DNA from: a virus
IMG/VR virus record: IMGVR_UViG_3300035698_012408
Reading direction: 5' to 3' (one strand)
Length of the DNA: 64,000 nt
Position 1 is the stretch's first letter; every line of letters begins with the position of its first letter. The position numbers and the translations under genes were made by a program. The notes beneath the pieces were generated by a model. It was not told where the DNA came from, searched no databases, and was given only the letters and a program-made list of their open reading frames with translations. Below are positions 17,448 to 27,454 of the stretch, in pieces.

Positions 17448-20400
17448 TTATGCTGAAATTGCGGCGTAAACTTCTTCCGGCATGCCTTCACGTTCGGCCT
17501 GCGCAGACGAGATACCTTCTCCCCAGTTAATCTGGATGTCCTGGTCGATCCCAAAGAAATAAGGTTCCTTCACCGGCATCGGCGTGTTGTCTAGGTATCT
17601 TGGCCATATCGGCACACGATTAACCATAGTTTCACGAATAACGCTAGGTCGAGTGATTTCACCCGTCGCATTCGTCTTGTCGATGGCGAACGGGATAACC
17701 TGCTCGAACGGAACCTCGAACAACAGGGCATCATGAATCTGGAGCAGCATGCGGAAGGGTACCTCAGGGCTCGCGATACGGAACTGCTGCACATTGTAGA
17801 TTGCCTGCCACACCGCGTCAGCCACGGTGTTCTGAATCGGGAAGTTCTGAGCCTGTCGCTGCTGCTCAGCAATTACGCTACGCTCCTTGCTTGTGATGAA
17901 ACGACGAAACCTCCCAAACGCGCCGACCATCCACTGTTCGTTCTGAGACCTGTGCCGGCACGCTTCCAGAAACGCACCAACGCTAGGATACTGCTCGAAG
18001 TAGAACGCGATCATCTGCTCACACTCAGCCACCGATACGTCAACACCTTCTTCACGGCATTGTCGTGCGATAGCCTCGGCACTCCGACCATACGGGATAC
18101 CAAAATTCACGTTCTTAGCTGCAACACGTAATGGCGAATGCCCACTCTCCTTCAACCCGCGTTTCGTCGCCGGGCAGTCGAGTTGGAATGTTCGGACAGC
18201 CGTATTGCTGTGAATATCATGATGATCAGGATGATTCTCCGGCAACGTGTTACGCCGGACATGTTCAATCATGTTCCGATCGTTCGCGAGCCATGCGATG
18301 GCCGCAAGCTCCGCACCAGTGTAATCCGCTTCGATCAATACGTGACCGGGTGATGCCCGGAATATCGTACGTACCGGCGCCTTATATAAAGGCTGCGGGA
18401 AGATCCGGCGATAATCGCCGTGAGCTTCCATCTCTCCAGTCTCCTTGTTCTTACGGCGATAGCCGAGAATTCGGGAGTAGTCGCCTTCTCGCCTCTTGGA
18501 GATGTTCTGCAACGGGGGTCTGGCACTTGAGCCTCGGCCCGTCTCTTTGTTCTGCGAGATATGCGTGTGAACACGACCATCCGTCATTACGCATGCTGCA
18601 AGACCTTTACCGTAAACACGGTTTCCGTCGTCATCTTGCACGTAGGCCGTAGCATCCTCAGTCATCAAGGGCGGGCGCAATGACATCTTGAGAACTTGAG
18701 TGATAAACTTCAAATCCCGCAGCTGCATCGCCAACGGGTGGTGGTGGCCAAGTATGCCCAGCACCTCTTTATCCGTCGACGGACTATACTGGTGTGTTTC
18801 GCCTCTTGCTACCAGATCATGCCACAAGCGTGGCCGCTTCCCTGTCGATTTAATTGGGGTCAGCCCAAGGGATAGCGCGTCAGGTGGTCGAATCGCAATA
18901 CACTGCCCTGTCGCCTTGTCGCGTTTGAATGCGTACTCGTCCCCAAACAGGAACGCCACACATTGCTTCGGGCTTTCGGGATTGAAAGTCGGCCAATTGA
19001 TCTGCTGCCGAAAATCTTCGAGCAACCGCACACGGCCGTCCATAAATATCGACGTTAGTTCGTCGACACGTTCACGGTCAAGCATGATGCCCGTCATTTC
19101 CATTTCCAGCACGCCAAGACTAGCCAAGTGATTGCGCCAATACGGCTCCCAACTACTGTTGTCGTACCAATCACTGTCCAGCAAGCCCCCATCGTCGAGA
19201 TGGGCCATAGCTATACGCCGCGTGACGTCTGCGTCATACTGCGCATAATTCTCACCCCATTCGGGATCGCGCGACCCTGGGTGCAGCACCCATTCGGGCA
19301 GGAATCCGAAACCTTCAAGGTCCTCCTTCTTTAGACTGTGCTGTTTACAATACCCTTCGATCGCCTTCTTCAAGCCGGCATCATAGACCGGCGCTTGTGT
19401 CAGTCGCACCGTCATATCAGTCAGTCGGTAGCTCGCCGTCTCATTGACCGCGTGGTACATCAGCCCGGTATCGAACCCGCCCTGCGCCCGACACAGCTCC
19501 ACCGCTGGAGCCGCTTCATAGGACTTACGGACGTCGATACCCTCGTGTATCAGCCACGGAAGGTCAGCACGAAAGAAGTGACCGCCTACCCTCGGGCGAT
19601 ACTCGGTCGCTGGATCTGGTTGCAGCAAACGGTTAAGTTCGCTGACGGCGTGACCGATCGATGGTTTGAACGCGTCAGAGCCGCCCTGGTGCCGCAGCAC
19701 GACGCAGATGCCCTCCCCGTGGGAAGAACTAAACTGCACCGTCCGCAGGTACGCACCGGGCTCTCCTGGGTTCTCTCCATGCCATTCCGCATCTACCGCT
19801 ATTATCCGCCGTTTAGGGTCAGGATCAGCGATAATCTCATCCACGATGTTCTGCAACTCGCGGTACTTAGAAACCACTCGGTGGTCAATAAATGTCTCGC
19901 GTCCACCGATTTCCGCACCGTTCACCAGACTGAGAAACAGCGCAACCTGGGCTAGGAGCTCGGGATAGAGCTCCGTACGCCTGTGAACGGCTGCCGGATG
20001 CGTGGCCGCCATCACCTTGCACGTGTGATACTGCGGGTCCTCCCCACGCTCAAACGTCGGGAAAGTGTATTCCTCCACACGCCCTACCATAGCATTTACG
20101 CCATAGTTCGTGCCGAGAAGCCACTTAGACGCGTCCGAGCCGAGACACAGGATGTAGTCAGGGCGTACCAGCCGTAACTCCTGCTGCAATAGGATTTCGC
20201 AATCCTTCTTGTGTGCAATCGGCAGGCCGTCAGCCTGCACGTCCAGCGTCATGAACTTGACCAAATTGGTGCAATACCAGTCGAAGCTCTCTGTCTGCGG
20301 GACGCCCAGCTCTGTTAGGACATCAAAGAAGATCTGTGCCGCGGGCGACACAAGGTTCTGCTGGTGCTCTACCTCGTCACGTAGCGGATTCTTTCCGATA

Positions 20401-20789
20401 ATCATGACCTTCGCTGGTCGCGGCCCGCCATTCATGTTCTGGGTCTGATCACCGATAAGGTGCCCCGGGACGAAGCTGGCGTGGGTAGGTACGCCGCGAA
20501 CATTGACCGGCATCATAAACTGTTCGTCATACAATGCCCGTCTGTAAAGGTAGTGCAGATTAGGCCCGTGCGATTCTACGGTTTTGACACTGCCGAGCTT
20601 TCCGTACTCCGGCATCGGGTCACCCATCGCACAAGCCATCCGCACGAAATCCTCTCCCGGCAAAGGCATGCCTGGAGCGTCAAGCGGATAGAACGGAAAC
20701 TGCTCGTCCACGTCAGGTGGCAGTACCGCGTTCGGATCACGGAGAATCTGAAACAGATCACCCGCGTGTGTGTTTAACCCGTTGTCCAT
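17448..20789 (-). CDS. polA: family-A DNA polymerase with 3'-5' exonuclease domain and N-terminal UDG-family-4-like domain
   Basis: Pol motif A DYTGAELAAIAWL, motif B RVAAKNVNFGIPYGRS, motif C LLQIHDALLFEV. Exo I IAVDAEWHGE. N-terminal KVMIIGKNPLRDE...YCTNLVKF...ATHPAAV is colinear with UDG family 4. Confidence 0.9.
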   Translation of the reverse strand: MDNGLNTHAGDLFQILRDPNAVLPPDVDEQFPFYPLDAPGMPLPGEDFVRMACAMGDPMPEYGKLGSVKTVESHGPNLHYLYRRALYDEQFMMPVNVRGVPTHASFVPGHLIGDQTQNMNGGPRPAKVMIIGKNPLRDEVEHQQNLVSPAAQIFFDVLTELGVPQTESFDWYCTNLVKFMTLDVQADGLPIAHKKDCEILLQQELRLVRPDYILCLGSDASKWLLGTNYGVNAMVGRVEEYTFPTFERGEDPQYHTCKVMAATHPAAVHRRTELYPELLAQVALFLSLVNGAEIGGRETFIDHRVVSKYRELQNIVDEIIADPDPKRRIIAVDAEWHGENPGEPGAYLRTVQFSSSHGEGICVVLRHQGGSDAFKPSIGHAVSELNRLLQPDPATEYRPRVGGHFFRADLPWLIHEGIDVRKSYEAAPAVELCRAQGGFDTGLMYHAVNETASYRLTDMTVRLTQAPVYDAGLKKAIEGYCKQHSLKKEDLEGFGFLPEWVLHPGSRDPEWGENYAQYDADVTRRIAMAHLDDGGLLDSDWYDNSSWEPYWRNHLASLGVLEMEMTGIMLDRERVDELTSIFMDGRVRLLEDFRQQINWPTFNPESPKQCVAFLFGDEYAFKRDKATGQCIAIRPPDALSLGLTPIKSTGKRPRLWHDLVARGETHQYSPSTDKEVLGILGHHHPLAMQLRDLKFITQVLKMSLRPPLMTEDATAYVQDDDGNRVYGKGLAACVMTDGRVHTHISQNKETGRGSSARPPLQNISKRREGDYSRILGYRRKNKETGEMEAHGDYRRIFPQPLYKAPVRTIFRASPGHVLIEADYTGAELAAIAWLANDRNMIEHVRRNTLPENHPDHHDIHSNTAVRTFQLDCPATKRGLKESGHSPLRVAAKNVNFGIPYGRSAEAIARQCREEGVDVSVAECEQMIAFYFEQYPSVGAFLEACRHRSQNEQWMVGAFGRFRRFITSKERSVIAEQQRQAQNFPIQNTVADAVWQAIYNVQQFRIASPEVPFRMLLQIHDALLFEVPFEQVIPFAIDKTNATGEITRPSVIRETMVNRVPIWPRYLDNTPMPVKEPYFFGIDQDIQINWGEGISSAQAEREGMPEEVYAAISA

Positions 20790-20790
20790 A

Positions 20791-21846
20791 TTAACCGTCC
20801 CAGGGATTTTCTGTCATTATGGAATCTTCCGCATCGCAAGCATCCATAGCTTCACGGATGTTAGTGAGTACGTTCGTCTCGGTGTCGAAGTCGTCCAAGT
20901 AGTCAAGGACGTCCTGACGCCGCAGGTCGAATCGAGTCTGGGCATCCGGCCCGAGGTACTCTTCGATAGCCGTCGTGCATAACGCGCGAGCTAATGGCGG
21001 CTGCGTAACGAGAACATTCGCCTCACACTTGCGGGCACCAAAATCGCGGATGTACGTCTGCACGTACTCCGTCTCGTGGTGTCGGTGCGCTGGGCTGGAC
21101 AAGTCCTGCCCACCACCGGTGATCAGATTATCGATCCACGTAAACCCGTGCTCCTGAATGAACTCGTGATTCAAGCCGAAGCGTCGAATTGTCAAATTCG
21201 TAGGATCGTAACCGTCAGTACCATCCGCCCACTGCACGCCTTGGAGGTCGCGCAGGTTCTTACGGAGGAAGTTACTGATCTGTAGGCCGGCAGGGTCATG
21301 ATCACCGCAGTACAGCAAGACGCATTGCATCCCGCGGGCTTCGGCTTCCTTGAACCTGCGAGAATACTCCGCCCGCTGTAGCATACTCGACCAACCCTTA
21401 GAGTTAGCGATCGGGATATGGTACGTCTCGCACACGGGTGAGAACAACGTCACGAGGTCAATCTTCTCCACGACCATCTGAACGTAGACTTCCTCAGTCT
21501 TCCACCAGTCGACCGCGTACAGATCACCGGAGCGTCGAGCATGGTCAAGCCACACCTTCAGATCTGCAACAGGTGTACCAGTAGCTGGCGTCTCCACGCC
21601 AGAGAATTCACGGGACGCTTCCTCGGCCACGAAATCGATAGCCAGCATCCCGGAGCGGCGGCAACGATTGACCCACGTCTCGACCTTGTCGAACTGGTCC
21701 TTGTTGATCGCGCCGCTTTGCTCAAGTAGATAACACCAACCTCGGGAAGATACCCGGAAGCCGATCTGCTCAGACATCTCAGTGAGCAGCCCAGAAAAGT
21801 CCTGCAACCGCTGCTGCGTCATCGTCTGCGTAAAATCAAACGCCAT
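20791..21846 (-). CDS. Toprim-domain protein of the Topo VI-A/Spo11/JetD type
   Basis: MVVEKIDLVTLF...IANSKGWSS...LLYCGDHDPAGLQI matches the Top6A/Spo11 Toprim pattern (VEK ... kGqP ... D-x-DP-x-G-x-x-I). The N-terminal region SSRGWCYLLE could be a winged helix. Confidence 0.55.
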   Translation of the reverse strand: MAFDFTQTMTQQRLQDFSGLLTEMSEQIGFRVSSRGWCYLLEQSGAINKDQFDKVETWVNRCRRSGMLAIDFVAEEASREFSGVETPATGTPVADLKVWLDHARRSGDLYAVDWWKTEEVYVQMVVEKIDLVTLFSPVCETYHIPIANSKGWSSMLQRAEYSRRFKEAEARGMQCVLLYCGDHDPAGLQISNFLRKNLRDLQGVQWADGTDGYDPTNLTIRRFGLNHEFIQEHGFTWIDNLITGGGQDLSSPAHRHHETEYVQTYIRDFGARKCEANVLVTQPPLARALCTTAIEEYLGPDAQTRFDLRRQDVLDYLDDFDTETNVLTNIREAMDACDAEDSIMTENPWDG

Positions 21847-21868
21847 CGTAATCTCCTGCTCCCCACAG

Positions 21869-22963
21869 TTAGCAAAGTGGAAGGGTTATTCCACAATCCC
21901 TCGCCCGACCGTGGATGATGTTAAGTAACGTCGTGCCGTCATAGTCGCCAGGATCGTAACCCGGCGGCAATTCCACTGGCACGATCGGATTGGTTCCCAT
22001 GTTGGCCAAGTCGTTCAACGCCGCTCTACTCTCTTCAACTGCCTCGGGATCGAGCAACAGCACAATTGGCTTGTGCTCCCACGTCGCCACCAGCATGTTG
22101 ATCTGATACTGTGTAATATGCTTTCCGAGCAACGCTATGGCCGTATCACCGACAGAGTGAACGTCAGTAGCGCCTTCGGTCACGACCACGTAAGGCTTAT
22201 CCTTGGCGTTGTCGTAATTATAAAGCATGAACCGCTTACGCATGCCCGGCAGTCCGTAATACTTTGGAGTCACGTGCCAGTTGGCTTCGCCGATGTATCG
22301 ACCCTGCCATCCGACCAGTTTACCGTGCATGAAGACCGGGAATATGATGCGATCCTGCGCCGTGGCCCAGCGTGAGTTAGACACCACCCGGCAATAGCAC
22401 ACCCGATAATGATCCAACACCGCCAGCGAATTCCGCCGGTCGTTGACCATGTACTGGTAAGCCTTGTGCGACGGGGGTAATGACGTAACCGGTGGGCAGT
22501 CGCCCGGCATCTCTACGATGTCCAGCGTCGGATCAACTGACACGCCCTCTCGGACGGCCATATCCGTTGCTTGGTCACGATGATGCTTGTTACGAAAACC
22601 CAGTATAGAATCACAAAACGTCTTCCACTTCACTTGATCAGACAAACAATCTTCGTTGTAGCAGCAGACGAGGAATCGCATGGAACGGCCGTTAGCGTCA
22701 GGCTGGCCAAACATGTGATTCACCCACAGCCGCTGGCGGGTATCGTTGCAAAATGGGCAGTTCACGCGATAATACTCGCCTGAGTGAACGACGAAAGTGT
22801 GATACTGTCCTCGCGAAGGATCAAACTGCGAAGAGCACACCATCGCCTCACCCTGATTTGCAACTACGATACCTCCTGGCATGTACTTATTCAACAGCCC
22901 ATAAAGGGTTGGACAAAGCGCTTGGCTTTGAGAACTCGCGGCAAATACCGGGTCAGTGCTCAT
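21869..22963 (-). CDS. DNA primase (Zn-finger + Toprim, DnaG/T7 gp4-primase-like)
   Basis: CPFCNDTRQR...CCYNEDC zinc finger. Toprim YVVVTEGATDVHSV ... IVLLLDPEAV. ATGA overlap with the helicase stop. Confidence 0.8.
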   Translation of the reverse strand: MSTDPVFAASSQSQALCPTLYGLLNKYMPGGIVVANQGEAMVCSSQFDPSRGQYHTFVVHSGEYYRVNCPFCNDTRQRLWVNHMFGQPDANGRSMRFLVCCYNEDCLSDQVKWKTFCDSILGFRNKHHRDQATDMAVREGVSVDPTLDIVEMPGDCPPVTSLPPSHKAYQYMVNDRRNSLAVLDHYRVCYCRVVSNSRWATAQDRIIFPVFMHGKLVGWQGRYIGEANWHVTPKYYGLPGMRKRFMLYNYDNAKDKPYVVVTEGATDVHSVGDTAIALLGKHITQYQINMLVATWEHKPIVLLLDPEAVEESRAALNDLANMGTNPIVPVELPPGYDPGDYDGTTLLNIIHGRARDCGITLPLC

Positions 22964-24633
22964 GTGTCATACCTTGATCCTGCTGCCGGGTGTGCTAAAC
23001 CTGCCGGCCCTGCTTGCGACTGCCTATTTTCCACGACACCGACACCGCCGACCTCGCGAACTTCGTCAGCAGTAAGGAAACGACCTCCGGTCTCGTCGAC
23101 CGAGTATCTAGCCGTAACATCGTTCATCGTCGCAAACTGGTCGTCGATACGTAGCGTAACCGGTGGTAGCGCCTCATTCGCACGAAATCGCACCTTTGAG
23201 GGATTCAACCGCCGGCAACCCGTGAGCGGGTCGGGTGTGCCAAGACATAGGCACACGGCTAGATTATTTGCAAAGTCCTTGGACTCGCCAGCATCCGTGT
23301 GGTGCATCAGTTTATGCGGGCGAACCTTACCGGCGTCGCCGCGTAGCTGATGCAGTAACCAAGCAGTGCATTTGAATCGTTCCGCGATCTTCTGTCTCGA
23401 ATCGTCGGCAAATCGCTTCAACGCCCACCTGTAGTTAGACTCGTTCATGCCGTTGGCCTGCATGAAACGCTCACAAAGAATACCCGCGTAGTCAATGTAG
23501 ACAGACCTGATAGGCTGCTTCCGCTGTTCGCTCACGCGAGCAACTACAGATACCAGTTCGTCGACACCGCCGCTGCCGCAATTGGGGAAATCCTCTGAAC
23601 CAGATAGATCGACGATCTCCATGCTTCCGCCAAGCCACTCTCGACCCATCTCGTAACGATCACGTTCCGATAGGATCAATTCCTGGCCAGATTGCATCAC
23701 GCGTTCATACTCCGCGATGTTATCTTGCGTGGTCAACTGACTCCAGTCACTCATGCACTCCAGCTTGGTGCGGGGGATTTGTAAAGCGGCTGACCAGATG
23801 CGCGGCCGGACCTTGCGAGCTGACTCTTCTGCGGTCACGAATATCACGACGCCTCGCTCACGACCGCTGGCCTCTGCGTCATTCCATTCCTGCTTGGCAG
23901 ACATCACTGCCATGCCAATACCAAGCGTCGTCTTACCGCCGCCGGTCGGGCCTAGCAGCCCATTAGCGTCACCAACGCGGTCACCGCCCAGCAGATTGTC
24001 CAAGAAACTGACACCCGTGAGTCTAAACTCGTGGGGTACAAGCAGTTCCGTGCCAATCTCTGGCATTACCGGCAACACTGGGAGTTCGTTAATTGAGCTG
24101 GCACGATCAACTTGTACGTTCATCTGTGTCAGGAACTCACCAATATCGCTAGGGATACCAGCGGGCTGATTCACCACGCGCCGAAGTGGCGCTACAATCG
24201 TTCGTTCGTAAACAAAGCGTTGGAGCACCTGCCGACCGAGAGAGATGTTTCCATCATTCATCTCAGCAGATGGTTCCGCCACGCTGTCCAACATCCCGCC
24301 ATCGCCAAAAATAGCTCTCTGCTGCTCTGGGCCGAGCACCAAGTTCGGGTTACCACGCATTTGTTCGTGATACGAGAACTTCAAATTCTCCGGCGTAACC
24401 TGCCCGTGATGCAAAATCACGTCACATATAGCCAGATAAAGAATGCGAAGAGGCTCTTCATTAGGAAGAAAATGATGCGATCCGATTAAACGAGACGCAT
24501 CATCAAAAAGTTGGCGATCCGCGGCCAAGCATATCATCAACCACTCTACCGCTTGCGGTTCGAGTGGAAGCTGTGTTGGCTGCGGGCGTTGAGCTGTAAG
24601 CGCAGGGTCAAGGGATTCTCCTTGGAGCGACAT
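22960..24633 (-). CDS. dnaB: DnaB-like replicative DNA helicase
   Basis: Walker A LLGPTGGGKTTLG, Walker B SVYIDYAGIL, HQLRGDAGK (H3/H4 region). Confidence 0.85.
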   Translation of the reverse strand: MSLQGESLDPALTAQRPQPTQLPLEPQAVEWLMICLAADRQLFDDASRLIGSHHFLPNEEPLRILYLAICDVILHHGQVTPENLKFSYHEQMRGNPNLVLGPEQQRAIFGDGGMLDSVAEPSAEMNDGNISLGRQVLQRFVYERTIVAPLRRVVNQPAGIPSDIGEFLTQMNVQVDRASSINELPVLPVMPEIGTELLVPHEFRLTGVSFLDNLLGGDRVGDANGLLGPTGGGKTTLGIGMAVMSAKQEWNDAEASGRERGVVIFVTAEESARKVRPRIWSAALQIPRTKLECMSDWSQLTTQDNIAEYERVMQSGQELILSERDRYEMGREWLGGSMEIVDLSGSEDFPNCGSGGVDELVSVVARVSEQRKQPIRSVYIDYAGILCERFMQANGMNESNYRWALKRFADDSRQKIAERFKCTAWLLHQLRGDAGKVRPHKLMHHTDAGESKDFANNLAVCLCLGTPDPLTGCRRLNPSKVRFRANEALPPVTLRIDDQFATMNDVTARYSVDETGGRFLTADEVREVGGVGVVENRQSQAGPAGLAHPAAGSRYDT

Positions 24634-24662
24634 AGCGCAAGTCCTTTCCGTACATCACCTGA

Positions 24663-25391
24663 TCATGCACATCCCAATAGTGACCGTAATTTTCTAGCCT
24701 CGGTATGAAGAGTCGCCGGCACGACGTCTCCCCATTCCGCATCGTAGAGATCACACTGGAACACATACTGTAACAAAGCTGCGTCATGAAAGGAAGCCGA
24801 ATCTTCGACAAGTCCTTCCCGCAGCGACACTATGTAACGGTACAACGCGGATGCCGAAACACCGCGATCCCGTAACGCGTACTGATAAGCTGCCTGTCGT
24901 GACAGCTTCAACACTACTATCATAGGCTGGACACCATTGCGTATTGCATTCATGTCCGAGCACAATTGACGTCGCACAGCCGCTACGGCGTGCAATTTAT
25001 ATTCTTCCCACCGCTCTACCGCTGCATTGCTCATCAGATAGTTTGGTGCAGGCGCTTTCGCCCCTGGTATTCTATTACCGTGAAACTGTGCGCGAATGAA
25101 TTCCATAGGATCGGCCTTCATCGCCAGCAAAAACTGAGCCACCTTAGCCCACACTGACCGATGCTTCACGCCAAACTTATCTTCCCCGCCGTCCCAGGAC
25201 GCCATGTGCTTCTTCCCGTAACTATAGTTACCCGTGGCGTCTCGATGACACAACACATAGACTACCCGCACACGTTTTGCCATTCTTTCAAGCAACGCAT
25301 CTTCCGGCGGAGGAGGTAAATCCTCAACACATTCTACCGCTGGCGGGATCGGGGTATCCGGCCAGAGGTTAATTTCACGATGTTCACGCAT
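24663..25391 (-). CDS. hypothetical protein
   Basis: 242 aa with an ATG start. 8-nt overlap with the upstream stop. Confidence 0.6.
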   Translation of the reverse strand: MREHREINLWPDTPIPPAVECVEDLPPPPEDALLERMAKRVRVVYVLCHRDATGNYSYGKKHMASWDGGEDKFGVKHRSVWAKVAQFLLAMKADPMEFIRAQFHGNRIPGAKAPAPNYLMSNAAVERWEEYKLHAVAAVRRQLCSDMNAIRNGVQPMIVVLKLSRQAAYQYALRDRGVSASALYRYIVSLREGLVEDSASFHDAALLQYVFQCDLYDAEWGDVVPATLHTEARKLRSLLGCA

Positions 25392-26889
25392 TGCTTATTT
25401 GCCTCTTCCCGGATAAGCCCTCCTGGGTCCAGCCGAGGTTCTTGTAATGCCGTTTACGCGTATCCGATTTGCGTTTCAACGCAGTATCAAACGCGTCATA
25501 ACAATCCATCAGCAGTCCGCACTCCTTACCCTCGCAAATACGGCTGACGCGTCCAGGTGCCTGCGTATCAAGAATCTCCGATTCCCTGGCATCTACACGA
25601 TACAACACCTCAAGCTGCGCGAAGTCCACACCCGTGGCCCATACGTCCGTGGCTATGACCTTCTTCAGCGTTCCGGCCTCAAACCCTTGCCGCAGGTGCT
25701 CTCGCCTATCTGCATCAGTGGGAATGAAGGTATTTGGTAGCATACCGTTTTTCCGGTAGCGAGCCAAGTCCTCTGGGTCAATACTACCATAACAAAGGTC
25801 GAATTCTGGCAACATATTCCACAGATGAATCGCATGATCCACTGTAGCACAAAGGATTAACACCTGTGTATTCGGATCTCCAAAATTTTCCCGAACATCG
25901 TTGGCGACTGTCTGATTCCTGAATTCGTTTCTCCACACACCCCACCGCATGCGGGGTACGCCACTTTTCCCGCTCGCGGGATTATGCTGCCCGCGAATCG
26001 GCAACCACCGCACGTGGATCGGGACAACCAGCCCCAACGCCACCGCTTCATCGTACGGAAGATGGAATATCTCGCGACCGAACAGCATCTCAAGCTGCGC
26101 GTGCGCTCCATCCATCCGGCCTTCAGGCGTAGCGGTAAATGCGAAATTCCTGGAGAATCTGTAAGCCCTGCCGAGTTCGTTCGCGGCTGCCCCTGTCATC
26201 AGCATGTGGGCCTCGTCTGCCAGCAAAATGTCGCAGTCGCCATCGGACCGGTGCAAGCTGCCGGCGGTAAAGACCGTAACACGGTCACCAATGAACGACT
26301 TGCCACCACCAACCTGTCCAACATTCGGAATAGTTCGAGACAACTGCCGCACGATACGTGCAGCCACGTCTTTTGGCCTTACCACGATATGTATCTTGGC
26401 TCGCGGGTACGCGTGGGCAATCGCCGCAAACATGTACGTTTTACCGAAACCGGTAGCGGCATTGATCAGCCCCAGTTCATTCTGCGCTATCAACTGAAGA
26501 CACTCTTCTTGCCGTGCCCGAAATTCAATATGCCTGCCAGCTGCTACCATGTCGAGTTCGTAACAGTCAGGTCGCGCCCGTGCCGGGCTCAGATCTAGGT
26601 ATTGCAGTACGTAACCGTGCTGCTGGAGCCGATGGGTTATCGAGGTGAGAAAACCGAAACCCGTCGTCAGCCGCCCTTCCTCGATCCCATACATATTGCG
26701 AGTCTCAATATCGATCGACCGAGCCTGTCCGTCCGGTCCATATCGTTGATGTCCCTGCAATATTGTCTTGTGATCGTAAGTAAGTAACGGCCGAAGCAAC
26801 TCTACAACTCGCATATCCAGCGGGCTGTGTCCGTCCGGGCTGATGTCAATCAGCGAGCCAGACCGTCGTACGAGTAAAGTTTGTGACAT
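25384..26889 (-). CDS. SF2 DEAD/DEAH-box helicase (ResIII/UvsW-like)
   Basis: Motif I NAATGFGKTYM, motif II ILLADEAHML, motif III FTATP. C-terminal helicase lobe VIATDVWATGVDF. Confidence 0.8.
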   Translation of the reverse strand: MSQTLLVRRSGSLIDISPDGHSPLDMRVVELLRPLLTYDHKTILQGHQRYGPDGQARSIDIETRNMYGIEEGRLTTGFGFLTSITHRLQQHGYVLQYLDLSPARARPDCYELDMVAAGRHIEFRARQEECLQLIAQNELGLINAATGFGKTYMFAAIAHAYPRAKIHIVVRPKDVAARIVRQLSRTIPNVGQVGGGKSFIGDRVTVFTAGSLHRSDGDCDILLADEAHMLMTGAAANELGRAYRFSRNFAFTATPEGRMDGAHAQLEMLFGREIFHLPYDEAVALGLVVPIHVRWLPIRGQHNPASGKSGVPRMRWGVWRNEFRNQTVANDVRENFGDPNTQVLILCATVDHAIHLWNMLPEFDLCYGSIDPEDLARYRKNGMLPNTFIPTDADRREHLRQGFEAGTLKKVIATDVWATGVDFAQLEVLYRVDARESEILDTQAPGRVSRICEGKECGLLMDCYDAFDTALKRKSDTRKRHYKNLGWTQEGLSGKRQISNA

Positions 26890-26904
26890 ATCATCCCTTC
26901 GTAA

Positions 26905-27414
26905 TTACCAAGCCCGACCCTTTGGTTTAAGGCTTCTAACCGCTGGTCTAACCGACACCACCTCGAACGTCCCGTAGGTCTCCCGATCGTCCTGGAACGG
27001 TGAGATACCCTTGTAGGTACCAACCACCGAGAGCAGTTCAATGAAAGCATCCACGGACAATCCGTAAGGCAGCACGGCATTGACCCCTATCGTGTCGCCA
27101 GGACGAAATGCCTCGTGTAAGGCATATCGCTCACGGCCATTTTTGTCGTCGTTGGCTGCGACGACCACGCGACGCCACTTCCCAGTGCGTCCATCAATAA
27201 TTGGGTCCCATGCGATCTCCTGCACCAGTTGCTGATACCGATTGACCACCTTAGCGGCATAACGTAACCGCCGTCGCCACCACGACACCAAGAACATAAC
27301 ACGCCCGTTGTTGTCCCGCGGCATCCTGTAGATCACATTATTCCGTACTGTCTGCTGTCTAGCAAAACCCAAGCATTCGCGATTGAAACGAAGTCGGGCA
27401 GTAACCTCCTGCAT
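26905..27414 (-). CDS. hypothetical protein
   Basis: 169 aa with an ATG start. Confidence 0.6.
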   Translation of the reverse strand: MQEVTARLRFNRECLGFARQQTVRNNVIYRMPRDNNGRVMFLVSWWRRRLRYAAKVVNRYQQLVQEIAWDPIIDGRTGKWRRVVVAANDDKNGRERYALHEAFRPGDTIGVNAVLPYGLSVDAFIELLSVVGTYKGISPFQDDRETYGTFEVVSVRPAVRSLKPKGRAW

Positions 27415-27454
27415 GGTATCCCTTCCGCACTGAACGGTTAAAAGCTACACGTGG

